The notes: generated from the letters alone by a model not told the origin. Shown: positions 38,203 through 51,840, counted from the whole stretch's first letter. The stretch is DNA of 63,696 nt, filler included, from Reticulomyxa filosa (GCA_000512085.1; 19 parts of 19 records of this genome joined end to end with filler, not necessarily neighbours in it); one strand, 5' to 3'. Made by a program: numbers and translations.

Positions 38203-39717
38203 NNNNNNNNNNNNNNNNNNNNNNNNNNNNNNNNNNNNNNNNNNNNTTAATTAATTAANNNNNNNNNNNNNNNNNNNNNNNNNNNNNNNNNNNNNNNNNN
38301 NNGACTTTCCAGTTTGCTTGATTTTTTGCCAAGGATGGCACATTACTAAAAAAAACTTAAGCGATTTAACCTCTGATCTATTCAGAAGTAGTGTGTCGTC
38401 ATGTCTTTTTTTTTCCTGTTTCTTAAAAAAAAAAAGGATTGTACATGGAGAAAAATACCAAATAGTAGATATGCATATGTCATTTGTATCTAGTTAAAAG
38501 TGGAACGAAAACAACTGAAAACTTTTAGTTACATTATGGCCTTTTTTTCAATCATTGATTTTAATGTGCCAACCTCCTATATTTGTTGATCCAATTTTAT
38601 TCTAACAAAAAATTTCTCGATTCATATACCGCTCTTTGGATATGTAAAGTACTTTTTTTTATGCGTTTTTGAGATCAATCTTTGAGTTTAAATAAGTTCC
38701 TTCAAAGTCAGTAAAAATCAACATAGAAAAGAAGTCCTCTTATGCATGTAGAAAGCCAAAGCAGCGTAAGGAGTCTATGTGAACTTCAGCAACAATTATA
38801 GCTGAATAAGCCAATATTTATCTCAATTTTTTTTAATTAAATTGTCTAATTCTTAAATATTTTATTTTTTATTCAAATTTTTATTTTTGTTTTTACGGGA
38901 GAAGCTGCTTTTTAAATTTCTTGTATATGTTTGAATGTGCTTTGCGTGTGTGATGGGAACAACAGCTTTTATCATACTAACGAGAATTTTATGTTCGATT
39001 TGTTAAAGAAAAAAAAATTTAAAAATTTGATGCGTATTGGAATGGTGAATTCTTTTTCTCCTCAAAAACTTTGTGGAAAATTTTGCTTATTTTCGCGAAA
39101 TTTGTGCACGATCTTTTACTTTTAACAGCATAAAATAGTTTTCCCCTTGGACCGAACTAAACTTGCTCATTTTTGTTTTTTTTGATAATCAATATTCAAA
39201 CGTTGAAAAACATTTGGTTGGAAATTTTTTTGTTTCAAAATGCAATTCGGTAAAAGAAATACTCTTTTTTTGTTTCTGTTCTCAAGAGACACAAAGTGAC
39301 CGGGACACAAGCGCAGACACTGAAAAAGAATGTAGAAAGACTTTCAAAAGAAAAAAAAAAAAAAGAAAAAATACACACTTACGCAATCGCAATCTGTTTT
39401 AAATTACTTCAAAAACTAATTGAAATGAAGATGTGTGTATGATAAAATAGTGTTTGAAGAAATAACAATCCAAAACGGTTAGACATCGAAAGTAATGAAA
39501 TTAATTGCTATGTCTCATTAATAAAGACACGAAGGGACGTGTTTATTAAGGTTTGAATAAAATTACATGTTCCTTGTTCTTCCTTTTTTTTTTTGCACAC
39601 TATCTGAAGAGTCATAGTGTATTTGGTATGGTAATATAAATTAAGCAAACTCAAAAAGTATTGCATGGGAGTGTATTGTGTTGTGTTCACAAGAAACCTA
39701 CGAAACTTGGAGGAGGT

Positions 39718-39886
39718 ATGCAAAGTGGATTGGAATCTGGAAAATACGCAACAGAAACGAAAGCGTTGATAAAATTATATGGTGATGTAATGAAAGAAGA
39801 AGAACTGAAGAAACGACTCGAACAAAACAATGGCAATGTAGCAGCTGTGATCGATCAGATCACGGCTACATTACTCAATTCGAAAG
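39718..39886 (+). CDS. First exon of a hypothetical protein with a UBA/CUE-like helical motif
   Basis: KALIKLYGDVMKEEELKKRLEQNNGNVAAVIDQI, followed by a GT donor and the contig end. Confidence 0.4.
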
Positions 39887-39923
39887 TTATTTGCACATTC
39901 ACACACACAAAATCAATTCATTT

Positions 39924-39957
<34 letters not shown>

Positions 39958-40099
39958 NNNNNNNNNNNNNNNNNNNNNNNNNNNNNNNNNNNNNNNNNNN
40001 NTTAATTAATTAANNNNNNNNNNNNNNNNNNNNNNNNNNNNNNNNNNNNNNNNNNNNAATAGACAAATAGTAATAAAGTGATGTATGGACTGAATTTTT

Positions 40100-42817
40100 T
40101 TATAGGAAACAACACCGAAGGATTAAATTGGATCAAGACAAAACCTTTAGCTAGAGCAAGTACTTGCTCGGATAAAATGAGCGGTAAGCTTTTTTTCTTT
40201 TTATAAAAAAAGTATTGTGATGATTTGTGTTGATAATGGTTTTTAAAAAGCCGCTTACTGCGCTAACAGTGTTAGTCCGGGATTTTGTGTGACCAACCAA
40301 GATAAGTGTGCAAAGTCGTGCAATTTGTGCGATGAAGGTAATTACAAACAAAAAGAAAATAAAAAAATAAATAAATAAATAAAAAAAAATAAGAATAAAA
40401 ATGAAAATAAAAAGTGACAGGATCTTACTGTGCAGTAAGTCATGCATGGACTTCCCCGACGTTACCAGCAGCATCGACGTTAAATGGTGGCAAACTGATT
40501 TACATAAAATCATACTGCTTTTCTTTGAGTCGACCAAATGCAGCTAAATTGGTGACACAAATGAACGTGACATGTAAGTTCAGTTCAGGACAAAGCAGTG
40601 CGATAATGTTTGCTGGTTATATTTCTGATGGAACATTTACTTGTTTCACCCCGCCATGGTCGAGTTTTAGTACGGTGACATTAGACGTATACGTTAAGTA
40701 AAAAAAGTGTCAAAAGTTGTGATTTATATATAGTAAAAATAATATTTGTTAAAAACAATATTTGTTACAAAAAGATTGGAGACGTTTATTCTACTCCGGA
40801 TTCTTCAGTAGAGAACCGCGTGAATTATATACAAATAAAGTCAAAATTTAGTGACTTAAATGGTGCTGATGGAGTAAAACTAAATGAAATGCAATTCAGT
40901 TTTAATCAGGATGATAAGATTACGCTTGATTTTTCAACGAAATTTCCACCAGATACTTATCCAAAAGTGTATATTTATTATTTGATAAATGACTTTACAA
41001 CAGTACCACCATTGACAGGCCTGAATAATTATCAAGCAATAAATAATAAGAACGGCACGTACACTACATCAATTCCGAACGTACAGACAAGAAAACCATG
41101 TCCTGAACTCTTATTTATCGTTACAAATTATCCAATAGAGGATGACAAGAATATTGCACAACATCGTCGTCGTCGTCGTCGTCTTCGTCTTGGTCAGCGA
41201 AGAATGCAGACTGGAACTTTGCCGGGTACGTATTGTGCAACGACATGCGAAAGTGGTCAATCTGATGCAATTCTAAGATGTATAAAGGCTAATAATTTTC
41301 GAGATATCTACAACTCGTATAGTACGTATTATCAACGAGCAGTAGATGGTTGGGCACAATATGTATTAAATAATGAAATGACATTACAAAATTATGGACT
41401 CGATTTTGCAGAAGCAATTGCTGGAATGGGTAACTGTGTATATGGATGTTATATTGGAATGATACTTAAAGATATAGCAATGACAAAAAGAATATTTGAT
41501 GCCCGATCTCAATGTGCCATGGTGGATTCATCATCAAGTGCAGAGGAAGAAGATATAATACAAGATTTTGAAAATGTATTAACTGGGGATTGACGCTTCC
41601 ATCAACTTGCCAGTGGATATCAATCGATGCATAATAACATGTGTTAGATTAGCTACACAAAGCAAATTAGCATTTAATACACCTAGTCCTACTCCAGCAC
41701 CAACCAACTATCCTACAACGCAACCAACAATGCCTACCAGAATTCCATCGAAATCACCTACAAGTGCACCTACTAAAATACCTACCACTTCACCTACCTC
41801 ATCGCCAACATCGACTCCAACAACACCAATACCGACACCAGCGCCAACCCCATCACCAATACCAGCACCGACACAACCTCCGACACGATCACCGACATCT
41901 TCGCCAATCCCACCCACTATTTCCAAGGCACCTACAAAAGACCAACTCATTCACCTTCTCCATCGCCAACACGATCACCAACACCAGCGCCTATTATGGC
42001 TACGTATACGTGTTCCAGTAGTGACCAATTTAGTGGGTCATTTGCAGATAGTGCGACAGCTTCTGCGTATTTTGAAATAACAAATTCAAAGGAAATCGAA
42101 TTTTCAATTTGCTTACCAAATACTACGGAAGTTTTATTTTCATTGAGTTATGGTTCGACTTCTTTATTTTCTTTTCCTTCCACCACTCGATGTAGTTCAT
42201 CGGGCGCTTATTACGAGTTGCCTGCGTCGTTATTATCCAATTGGAACGTACTTAACAATGACAGTAGAGCACACATCCGGAGAAAATACAACATGGACAA
42301 TGGATATTTATTGTGGTGGTGGTGCACGTCGAAGATTAGCAAATGTAAATAATTTACAATTGGCCAATTCGATTACTTTTAGTGTAATCAAAGATGATTG
42401 CAGTCCAAGTAATTGGCAATGGGGTGCTAGTGGAAGTTTAAGCTGCTTAATCTGGGGAGATCCACATTTTGTTCTGTTTGACTCCTCCAAGTTTGATTAT
42501 CAAGGTGTTGGACCACATTTACTTTATGATTTGGAAAATTTTCAGATTCAAGGGCTATTCTTGCCATGGTCCGAGAATCCCGCTGTTACGATCACTATGG
42601 GTATTGCAGTCAAATTATCGGATACTGATTATTTTACTGCTTTTTATGCGGATAAAAGTTCAAAGGCATTAAATACTTTTTCAAATTGTATAAAATTTAA
42701 TGCAACCATTAATAAATGGCAATATACAAAGCGATATCGTTTAATGTATACTAGTGCAACAGATATATTTATTCAATTTTATAATGGAATTGCGTTGAAC
42801 AGTACTGGCTCTTGGCG
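40100..42817 (+). CDS. Secreted/cell-surface protein with Pro/Thr/Ser mucin-like repeats and a VWD domain, frameshifted and partial
   Basis: PTxxPT repeats at 41680-41995; CLIWGDPHFVLFDSSKFDYQG VWD start; three single-base frame changes at about 41586, 41937 and 42232. Confidence 0.75.
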
Positions 42818-42918
42818 NNNNNNNNNNNNNNNNNNNNNNNNNNNNNNNNNNNNNNNNNNNNTTAATTAATTAANNNNNNNNNNNNNNNNNNNNNNNNNNN
42901 NNNNNNNNNNNNNNNNNC

Positions 42919-42958
<40 letters not shown>

Positions 42959-42970
42959 CCAACGATATAG

Positions 42971-43280
42971 GGGTTCCGATGCTTCCACCGGAAAGGATTT
43001 ACAGAAATACACAGAACCTAGCCTTGGAGATGGCCTAGCTTGAAGTGATGGCGAGCAAAGGGCTATACAAGACTTGCAGATGAAACTCGGCATGTCACAC
43101 TACCGACGACTGGCGCAGGCCAAACATGTCTTGATCACCTTCAAAGAACATGTGCCTGTTCAGGTCGACGGAGAGGCGTGGCTTGAAATTCCGGGCAGCA
43201 TTGAGTTTGATTTGAAGTGCCAAATGATTGCCATCTTGGGCAATGTGGAGCCACCCAGAGGAAGTTATCCTATTGTCTAA
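42971..43280 (+). CDS. Diacylglycerol kinase accessory domain, last exon
   Basis: PSLGDG(L)LEVM...RRLAQAKHVLI...VPVQVDGEAW; two compensating frameshifts near 43038-43080. Confidence 0.85.
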
Positions 43281-43634
43281 CGCACACACACATACACCCC
43301 GCATATGATACGCACGTGCGTGCATGCGATACCTCTTGCACTTGTCCCAATTTTCGAGATGTAGGAATTAAGTCTTTCTATTGGAGATGGTTTTGTAATG
43401 TTTTGTCTTTAATGTTTTGGTTATTTCTTTAATTGCTTTGAGGAAGAATAAAAAATAAAAATTGTTGGCTTTTTTTTTTATTATTGGTCTTTTTCATTCT
43501 ATCCAATAAATAAAAATTCACGCTCAAAAAAAAGTTAAAAACCAATTCAACTTTCATGTGGAACAAACAATCATGAACAATGAAGTTAAATCTTTTCCCA
43601 CCTATTTAAAGAAAAAGAAATGAAAGAATTGGCA

Positions 43635-45380
43635 CAAATTGAAAAATGTCGAATAACGTGATACAACTGTATCACACATACATTTAATGGTAATGGATTT
43701 AAAAGCTAAAAATATTGACAAACACAGTTTAAAGACAAACTCAGCATTATCAAAGTTGAGTGGAACAATTGCTGTTTTTATTTTTATCAGTTGATCTATT
43801 TCAAACAAAAATAAAAAGGCATTTGTTAAAAAAAATGTTATTTAACAACGTTTCTAAGAACTGTGTGAAACCCAAAGAACGGTTTCTAAACTAACGTACA
43901 AGTAACAAGACAAACCTATCAATGAAGATTGTTGAGATGGTCTGGTAGCACATTTTCAAGATTTTTTTAAATTTGTGTTCCAATAATAAAAGATGTGATT
44001 CAAATTTTGCATTACAAAATCGACCCAGTTTTACAAAAAACGAAAGTGAACGGTTCGGACAGCCTCCTTTTTTTTTTACTTACTGTCAGTAGTTTGCCTT
44101 CCTTTTGTTCCTTTTCTTGTTGATATACTTATTAAAATGGTTTTCTCTGAATGATTTCTTGATGTGGGAACATAATCATTGAAAGACAGCAGCACAAAGT
44201 CGTTCATGCAACGGAAACGTTAATGAAAACCATAAAGTCAGATGTCAACACAATCATGTTCTTAAGGCTATGTAATTTGCAATGCGGTCTAAGTATAAAA
44301 AATAAAACAATTGCTTATAACGTCTTTGTTATCTATTAAATAGAAGTAATAAACAGTCACATATTATAATAAATGTAACAAAGCAAATTGAGAAGGTCCA
44401 GAGATACTGCAGTCCGAACATAATCAATAACCGTAATTATTGATGAAGCCATTGGAAACTTGTGTTAGTTGAGGCTATTGTAATGGAGTATCAAAGTAAT
44501 AACATCGTCTGTATCGCATGATCAATTCGGATGCAAGATAAATCATTGCATTATTATGCATTTGTGTTTATCTATTTATCAAATGAACACAACATCATAG
44601 TGTATATTTAATGATTTACCATAATTGGCCAAAATAAACTTTTTCTCTTTTCTAAATAATTGACTTTGTTTTATATCAATTTTTTTTTGTTGAAACTGCT
44701 CGAAATAGCCCTTTTTTTTTGTATTACATTCATTATTAAAAGTAGTTATTTTAACAATTAATAATTTGATTAAAATTTTTCTTTATTCCAATCAAATATC
44801 TATCAATATTAGAAATACAAAATTAAAATAATAACTTGGAGAATTACATAAAAAAAAAGAAATGAAAAAATTATTACAAATTGAAAAATATTGAATGACG
44901 TGATACAATTATATAACATATAACATTTAATGGTAGTGAATTTAAAAGCTAAAATATTAACAAACAACATTCAACATTATCAAAGCTGAGTGAAATGAAA
45001 GTATCATCACGCTAAACTAAAACCAAGTCATTTTTTGGGATATATGGAATATTTCAATTACTGACAAGATACATCAAAGTAAAAATAAAATAATGTTGAT
45101 ATGAAATAAATGATGTTTGAAATATTGAAGGTAAAAAGTATTGGTAAAGAGAGGAAGTAGTTATAAACAAGTTCCATCTTGATGTTCCTGTTTTTATTTT
45201 GAAGGTATTTAACAACGTTTCTAAAAACTATGTGAAACCAAAGCAAGAGTGATTTCTCAAACTACAACAAAAACAAACTTATCAATGAATGTTGTTAATG
45301 TGTTCTGCTAGCATATTTTCAGCATTTTTTTTGAATTTGTGATCCAACATAAAAATTTGATCAAATTTTGGCAACAAAAA
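43635..45380. repeat. Diverged direct repeat pair (43635-44020 and 44876-45380)
   Basis: Shared blocks such as ACAAATTGAAAAAT..GAAT.ACGTGATACAA, TTTAAAAGCTAAAA and TATTTAACAACGTTTCTAA.AACT.TGTGAAACC. Confidence 0.8.
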
Positions 45381-46921
45381 TTATAAAAAAATTTTTCATT
45401 AAAACAAACTTTTTATAAAAAGTGTCATTCATGTGCTGTTTTTTACTGTATAACTAACGTATATTTAAATTTTATTATTTATTTTATTTTACGAGATTAT
45501 TGACAAATTGTTGATTTATTTAAGAGAAATTTTCTGTGTATGTTTATTTTAAAATTTTTTAAATGAATTTTTTATATTTACTTATTTAACATATATACTG
45601 TTTTCATTTTATGTTCAACACACTTTTTATTTTCTAAACACTTTTCATTTTTAATCAAGTTTTTGTTCTAGAATAATGACAACATGAAATACTTCATAGT
45701 TTGTAGTATAAAACGTATATTTATAATTTTGAGTGGATTTTGTATTAAATGCCAACTCTGCAGTATCAAACTTGTAAGAAATAAGTATTATATGTTAACT
45801 TTCCGACTGTCGGAACTATAATCCTGATCTGATATAGTAAAAAAGCTACTTTATCTTATCAATTTCCTTCTTTCTTTTTTTACCTTTGTTCCGATTTGTA
45901 ATGATTGACCACCTTGAGAAGATGAAATTTCGCCAAATATCGACAAATGTTTGATATAACAAAAATTTAGGTTTTTTTTCCCACAATGAATTGTGGGTAA
46001 AAAAGATACAACCACCCAAACTCAAATATTTTCGCCTTGAAAAAGCACATTAGCCAATCCAAAATAAAAAGAAAAGGAAAAAAGTTTGTATTAAAAAGAA
46101 AAAATATGTGCGAAAAAATACAACTGATTCGGAGAAAAAGCACCAAAACAGCAAGCATACAAACAAAAGATACATCTCAAACAAAGAAAACGTAAAATCA
46201 CAAAAACAAAGTGGTCAAAGTACCCAAAATTTAGGGGAAAAAAAACTTTTCGAACTTTCTTTGTGACAACATCAATCCACTAACACATAAACTATTTGTC
46301 CACAAAGATTGATTCAGGGGCAAACTGAACTTTTTTTGTTCCAATATAGTAATAGAAAAAAAAGTTACCAACATTATACAATATAGACAAAAGTATTCTA
46401 TCAAAATCAGTTTACTGGAGACTATTTTTATCATTATAAGCATCAATGACGTTGACGATCATTTCTATTGACAACAAGCAAACAAACAATTTAATGAGAT
46501 TGGGCACATTCCAAATGTAAGAATCTGTCAAGACAAAAAGGGCAAAGATATATGCGAGAATATTTTTTTCTATCAAGTTAACCTCTAATTTGCTCTCGAT
46601 CTAAAGACTGGTCTTCAAACTCAAAACGGATTGGTTTATGTTGCACCTCAAGTTGTGGTTCTTTGACACGATAAAAATATTTATGTTTCAAGGCCTCCTC
46701 TGCAGTTGCACGTTTTTCAACATCAAATTGAAGCAATCGCAGCATCAAGTCAATGGCACGACGAATTTTTTTTTCATTTTCGATATACTTTCCTGGAAGA
46801 TTTCAAACCAAAAAAAAAAAANNNNNNNNNNNNNNNNNNNNNNNNNNNNNNNNNNNNNNNNNNNNTTAATTAATTAANNNNNNNNNNNNNNNNNNNNNNN
46901 NNNNNNNNNNNNNNNNNNNNN

Positions 46922-47100
46922 CTCTTTACAATACTTTCGCAATTGGAAGGCCTTCAAATCTTTCCACTTTCTCCACTTTGAATCCAATCTCTCCCAATGC
47001 TTCTGCGATCTCTTCTTGCTTTCACTGGGGAGATATTCTCCAACAGCACAAACAGATTCTTGAACTCCACATAGGTAAGATAAAGGCCATCAACAGAGCG
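46922..47100 (-). mobile_element. Degenerate RRM-like part of a gag/ORF1-like retroelement protein
   Basis: With one frameshift it reads NLFVLLENISPV-KQEEIAEALGEIGFKVEKVERFEGLPIAKVL, a pattern typical of non-LTR ORF1 upstream of the zinc knuckles. Confidence 0.45.
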
Positions 47101-48006
47101 ATGATCTCATTCAAGCTGCAAAGTTGAAGCTAGAATGTTGTTTGTTGGTTACCTTTGTAACATATTGTAATACTTAGTCTGTATCCAAGTGTGAGTGAGT
47201 TGCTTGTTTTGCAATATTTTCTTTCTGTGAATTCAGACTATTCGAGACAGCAGATAGATATCAGATGCAAGAAGAGTAAATATCATTTAACTTACAAAAG
47301 ACAGAATTCTAATTACCACCACAAAATTAAAGGTTGAAGTATTTTTTCTTTGATCGTTGCTTGTATCGGATTGCGATTTGCGTTTGTGGAATAAAAAAAA
47401 AATTAATATTTACCCACTCCGTCATTAATATTAACTTTTCTTAAAAAGTAGTATTTTGAAAGAGATTGCAGTTGGAAGTGTCAAGATACTTCGACATCTC
47501 TTAAGTTTTAGATTTAAAAGTCAATTAAAAAAAAAATATATATCCCCTTCATTATCATTTTCAACTTAACTGAAAAAAGTTGTTTTTTGATAGTCATTTG
47601 TCTCAAGAAGTTCAAAGACACCGACATCTTTAAAGTTTATTTTGGAAATTGAACTAGTCATTTTCCAGCTGCAGTGGTAGTGGTGAAATTTTTGAAGAAA
47701 GTTATTTGTTGGAAAGATTTGGGTGAAAACCCAAGCTGTGGCAGTGATTATTAATCATCAAAAACTAACCACACTCCTGGAATTTTTTTGAAAAATATTT
47801 TTTCCCTTTGTGAAAGGGAAAAAATCACCAAAAGCCTAAAAGGCCGTGGAAGTGATCCCAGTGGAAAAAATTTTGGTTTTTCCAGTCAGCCCCTTGCAAA
47901 TTTTTTTTTAAAGATTTCAAAAAACTTTGCATTTTATTGGTAGGTATTCATTGAAAAAGTCGAAGTTACCAAACTTGTCGACATTTAGCAAGGAAATGGC
48001 GATGAG

Positions 48007-48336
48007 TTGCACCAACAAGAAAATAAAGAAGATACGAAAATGAAAGAAAAAGATAATGAAATGTGTTGTGTACAACCCAAAGTACGCAACAATCAGAAAT
48101 GCATCATGTGTCGTGGAAAGCATGCCAGTGATTCTGTGTTATGTCCTGTTATCAGGAAAGTTCGAGAAAAGATTGGCATTCACTTCTCAAGAGAGAAAGT
48201 GGTGATCCTGAAAAAGAAAAGAAACAGGAAACTCAAGTCCACAAGCAGAATGAAAAGAAAGCAATTCCAATTAATTCGCAGAACGTGTGGAAAAAGAAAG
48301 CAGAACAACGACAAAAAGAAGCAGACGAAAGGACTT
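48007..48336 (+). mobile_element. Gag/ORF1-like zinc-knuckle fragment of a retroelement
   Basis: CIMCRGKHASDSVLCPVIRKVREKIGI is a third-knuckle type motif, homologous to CGQHPSNSVQCEVIRKAREKLGI at about 54395-54465. Confidence 0.7.
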
Positions 48337-48436
48337 NNNNNNNNNNNNNNNNNNNNNNNNNNNNNNNNNNNNNNNNNNNNTTAATTAATTAANNNNNNNN
48401 NNNNNNNNNNNNNNNNNNNNNNNNNNNNNNNNNNNN

Positions 48437-49166
48437 TGTATGTCTTTCTTCAATTTATCATTTTCCATTTTCAATTGATTGCTTTCATTCTTTTTTTGTT
48501 TTTGTTTTGAATTACTTGCAATGTTTTTTTTAAAAAAAAATGAAAAAAATAAACTTGATGCAATTGAATAGTTTGTGTCATAGATTGGAAGGATTGAATG
48601 ACCAAACCGAAATGAAATTTCATATTTGCAATCAAATGTTTATCTAAATTGTGTCTGTGACAAATGTAATTACATCCAAATGGCTTGAACCAACAATTAA
48701 TTACACTTAAAGGACATGATTTATCTAAATGATCTTTGATCTCTTTTAATTTTCCTTTAAAATCACACTTGTTTATTCCAGGTATCTCTTCTTCTTTTTC
48801 TTTTCTCAATTCTTGTTCAAATTGTTTCAAACACATTACTGTTAGATCACCAATATATTTTTGCAATGGTCTACTTTTGGAATATTGACAACCTTCATGT
48901 GATCCAATCGGACAAGAGTTTCGATTTTCTTTCAGAAACTGTTTCAAACACTGATCTCCAACAATGAGCAGTTCATCTGCGTCTTCATGTTGGGGACAAT
49001 TCAATTCCAAAGCATTGTTTGCAATTTGTCGACAAATTAAACAAACATAGTCATTGATTTTTTCTGCTTCGTTTGTCTGCAGGATCCACTGCTTATCAAA
49101 ACACGGCACAGTGAATAAAGTTGAAGTTGCATTTGTTGCTTCTTCTGAAGTCTTTTCTTTTTGCAT
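48437..49166 (-). CDS. RING-like + TRAF-type zinc finger protein (expanded family), 3' partial
   Basis: CLICRQIANNALELNC...CLKQFL...CPI; CDFKGKLKEIKDHLDKSCP; CWFKPFGC...HL; intron 48490-48554 followed by a coiled coil. Confidence 0.85.
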
Positions 49167-50014
49167 TTTTAGCTCTTGCTTAGGAAATTAAGATTTTTTG
49201 CCAATGGGTTTTTTTAGGACGTGTGTTTTTTTTAGAAACGAGTTTATTCAAGGACGCACTCTGAACCATTCTTTTTCGTATTCAATGCAATTTGCTTATA
49301 AAAAAAAGAATTTGAATAACTCATAAAAACAGTGAAAAGATTGCGTGATAACAAAATTTAAAAGAGTCACAAAGCATTTGTTAATCGAATGTGCTACATT
49401 AAAGATTTGGTTCTTGCAATTGTGAAATTATTCTGTCTGGTGAACATTTAAGAGAATGTATAGATGTTATTTCGCAAAGTAACTAGGACCAAAAGCAATT
49501 TATTCATAAATTGATTATCGAGACTATGAATATAGCCAAAAAAGATTCGGATAGAATTTAAGACAATGAAGAGAATGTCTTTCAAACTGTTTTTAAAAAG
49601 TTGGAAGAAATGCTGAAATAGACACACCAATAAAATATTACATAAGGATAAAATTGTTGAGTTGGAAGGAATAGTATTGACTTGTTAACAAAGAAATTTG
49701 TATTAATGCAGAAGATCATTTGATTACGATTCTAATAATATCAAATAACTTTAAAAAATAAATACAGAATTATTCTATGGAAAGCACTATCGTTTGCATC
49801 AAATAACAAATAGAGTGGCTAGCCTAGTGTTCACAATGTAAAACTAATTGGCTTATTTTATCAAACAAACCAAAACAAAATCGTATTTATGAGACCAAAT
49901 AACTATCCCTTTTTAGTTTCAAATATTTATCTTTTCATTCAATTTAACTTTTGTTGACAATATTTGCCAATATATTTAATGTAGCTTTTTTATTGACGAA
50001 AAAAGATGATCTAA

Positions 50015-51650
50015 TTATACTTGTGGTAGAAATATACAACAATGTGATAAAGGTGTAAATATGTTATGGTAAAACACACCAACACCAGACCAACCAAAAC
50101 AAATACTATTTCCTTTTGATTGTTGAGTTTTTTTAATCATTGTTGTAACATCATCTTCAGGTTTTGGAAGAAAACTTCTGTGACGCAATAACAACTTTGG
50201 TTCAATTCTTAACCCTTCACGAAATAACTCGTACATTTTACATCCATATTTCATTATTATTTCTTCAAATCTTTTTTTATTTATTTATATTTTTTTAAAA
50301 AAATATTTGTTTATTTAAAAACAAAATTTAACCTTATGTCTTTATGTAATATTCGCACAACAGGTTTTGCTTTTTGAAATAACAAATTTCAATATCTTTT
50401 TTTACGTTTTCAATATTCTTTTTATCAATAATTTCATCATATGCCACTTGATAAGCACAATCGGCAATGTAAAATACAACAAGAAGAGTCCATTGTCTAA
50501 TTCTTTCAACACTCCATTCATTACAACGGATTCTCAAAATATTTCTAATTCGTTGGGTCGACTTTCACAAATTTTATTTTTTTATTTAGTTGATAATTTT
50601 GTAATATAAAAATGAAATGAAGACAAAACTAAAATATTTGCCTGTTCCATCTTGTCATATTGTTCAATCCAATCCTTTAACAAACTGGACTTGTCTGTTT
50701 GTTCTATTTTTGTTTCTTCGCCAGTCTTTTCATCAACTTTCTATGAACAAATTTCCAATCGTGATTTGATTGTTTTTATTTACTTTTTTTAAAAACAAAA
50801 AATACACGCTTCTAACATTCAAAAGCTCGATTTTTTGATTCAGCACATTTAGGTTTAAATGAGCATAACAAGCAGTAATGGGAACATCTAATAAATCATT
50901 TGTGTCACATCGAATTAAAGACGGCCAAGTAAAATATCCAATATCATTACAACCATTTTCTTTTCCTAAAAATTCCTTTTGAATTTTAAAATGCCTAGAT
51001 TGGATTTCAAGATTTAATTGCGGATTAGAAGCAAATACCAAAGGGTAAGGTTGTAAAGAAGGTGTTGATAATAAGCAATTCCACATATTTTGTAAACATG
51101 ATTCAATTAATGCATTTTCTTTTATTGTTTATTTTATCATCTTCTTGCTTTGATGTTGTATTCAAAATTGAATCAAATAAATATGCAAAATTTTCATTTT
51201 CTTCGACAATTTGTTCCTTTAATTTCAAAGTAATGAATTGTCTTCCTTGTGAATATAATTGTATAAATGATGAATTGAATTGTTGTTGGAATATGGTTTG
51301 AAGATGTTTTTGTGCAGTTTGTTTATTTGAAAATCCAAATGGTTTTTGTAAATATTCCAATTGGTTATCCCAATAAGATTGTACAAATTGATAAGACAAT
51401 TTTAAAATTGTGAATGACACACAATGTGCAAATCTTGCCAAAAATGCAATTTCAAATGTCCCTTTTATCCTTTCATCACTTTTCAATTGCTTCATTATTT
51501 CACTTATCAAATTCAATCGATAATTGCTTCTTATCATTGTATATGAGGAACCCTTTCCACATTGGCTAATGTCAATAAAGTTAAAATTAGAGATGTGTTA
51601 ATCAGTAAACTGTTTAAGTGAATTGCAGACTTCAATTTGCTCAAACATGG
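50015..51650 (-). CDS. Hypothetical multi-exon protein, 5' partial
   Basis: Consecutive minus-strand ORFs (51103-51537, 50733-51086, 50334-50537, 50015-50254) separated by short T-rich/A-rich GT-AG introns; no domain recognised. Confidence 0.5.
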
Positions 51651-51840
51651 NNNNNNNNNNNNNNNNNNNNNNNNNNNNNNNNNNNNNNNNNNNNTTAATT
51701 AATTAANNNNNNNNNNNNNNNNNNNNNNNNNNNNNNNNNNNNNNNNNNNNAAATTTTTTAAAAAAAAAAAAAAAAACAAAAAAAAAAAAAATAAATGGGG
51801 GGTAAATAATTCAAAGGTTTTGAAACCATATTGGACCCAA

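Noticed and set aside
41591-41593. In-frame TGA as selenocysteine or stop-codon reassignment
   Set aside because: The continuation is in a different frame, and intact genes here end in TAA, TAG and TGA, consistent with the standard code.
47833-47856. Minus-strand ATCACTTCCACGGCCTTTTAGGCT resembling the U2 snRNA 5' end
   Set aside because: Not followed by the GTGTAGTA branch-recognition sequence or a properly placed Sm site; explained as a local hairpin.
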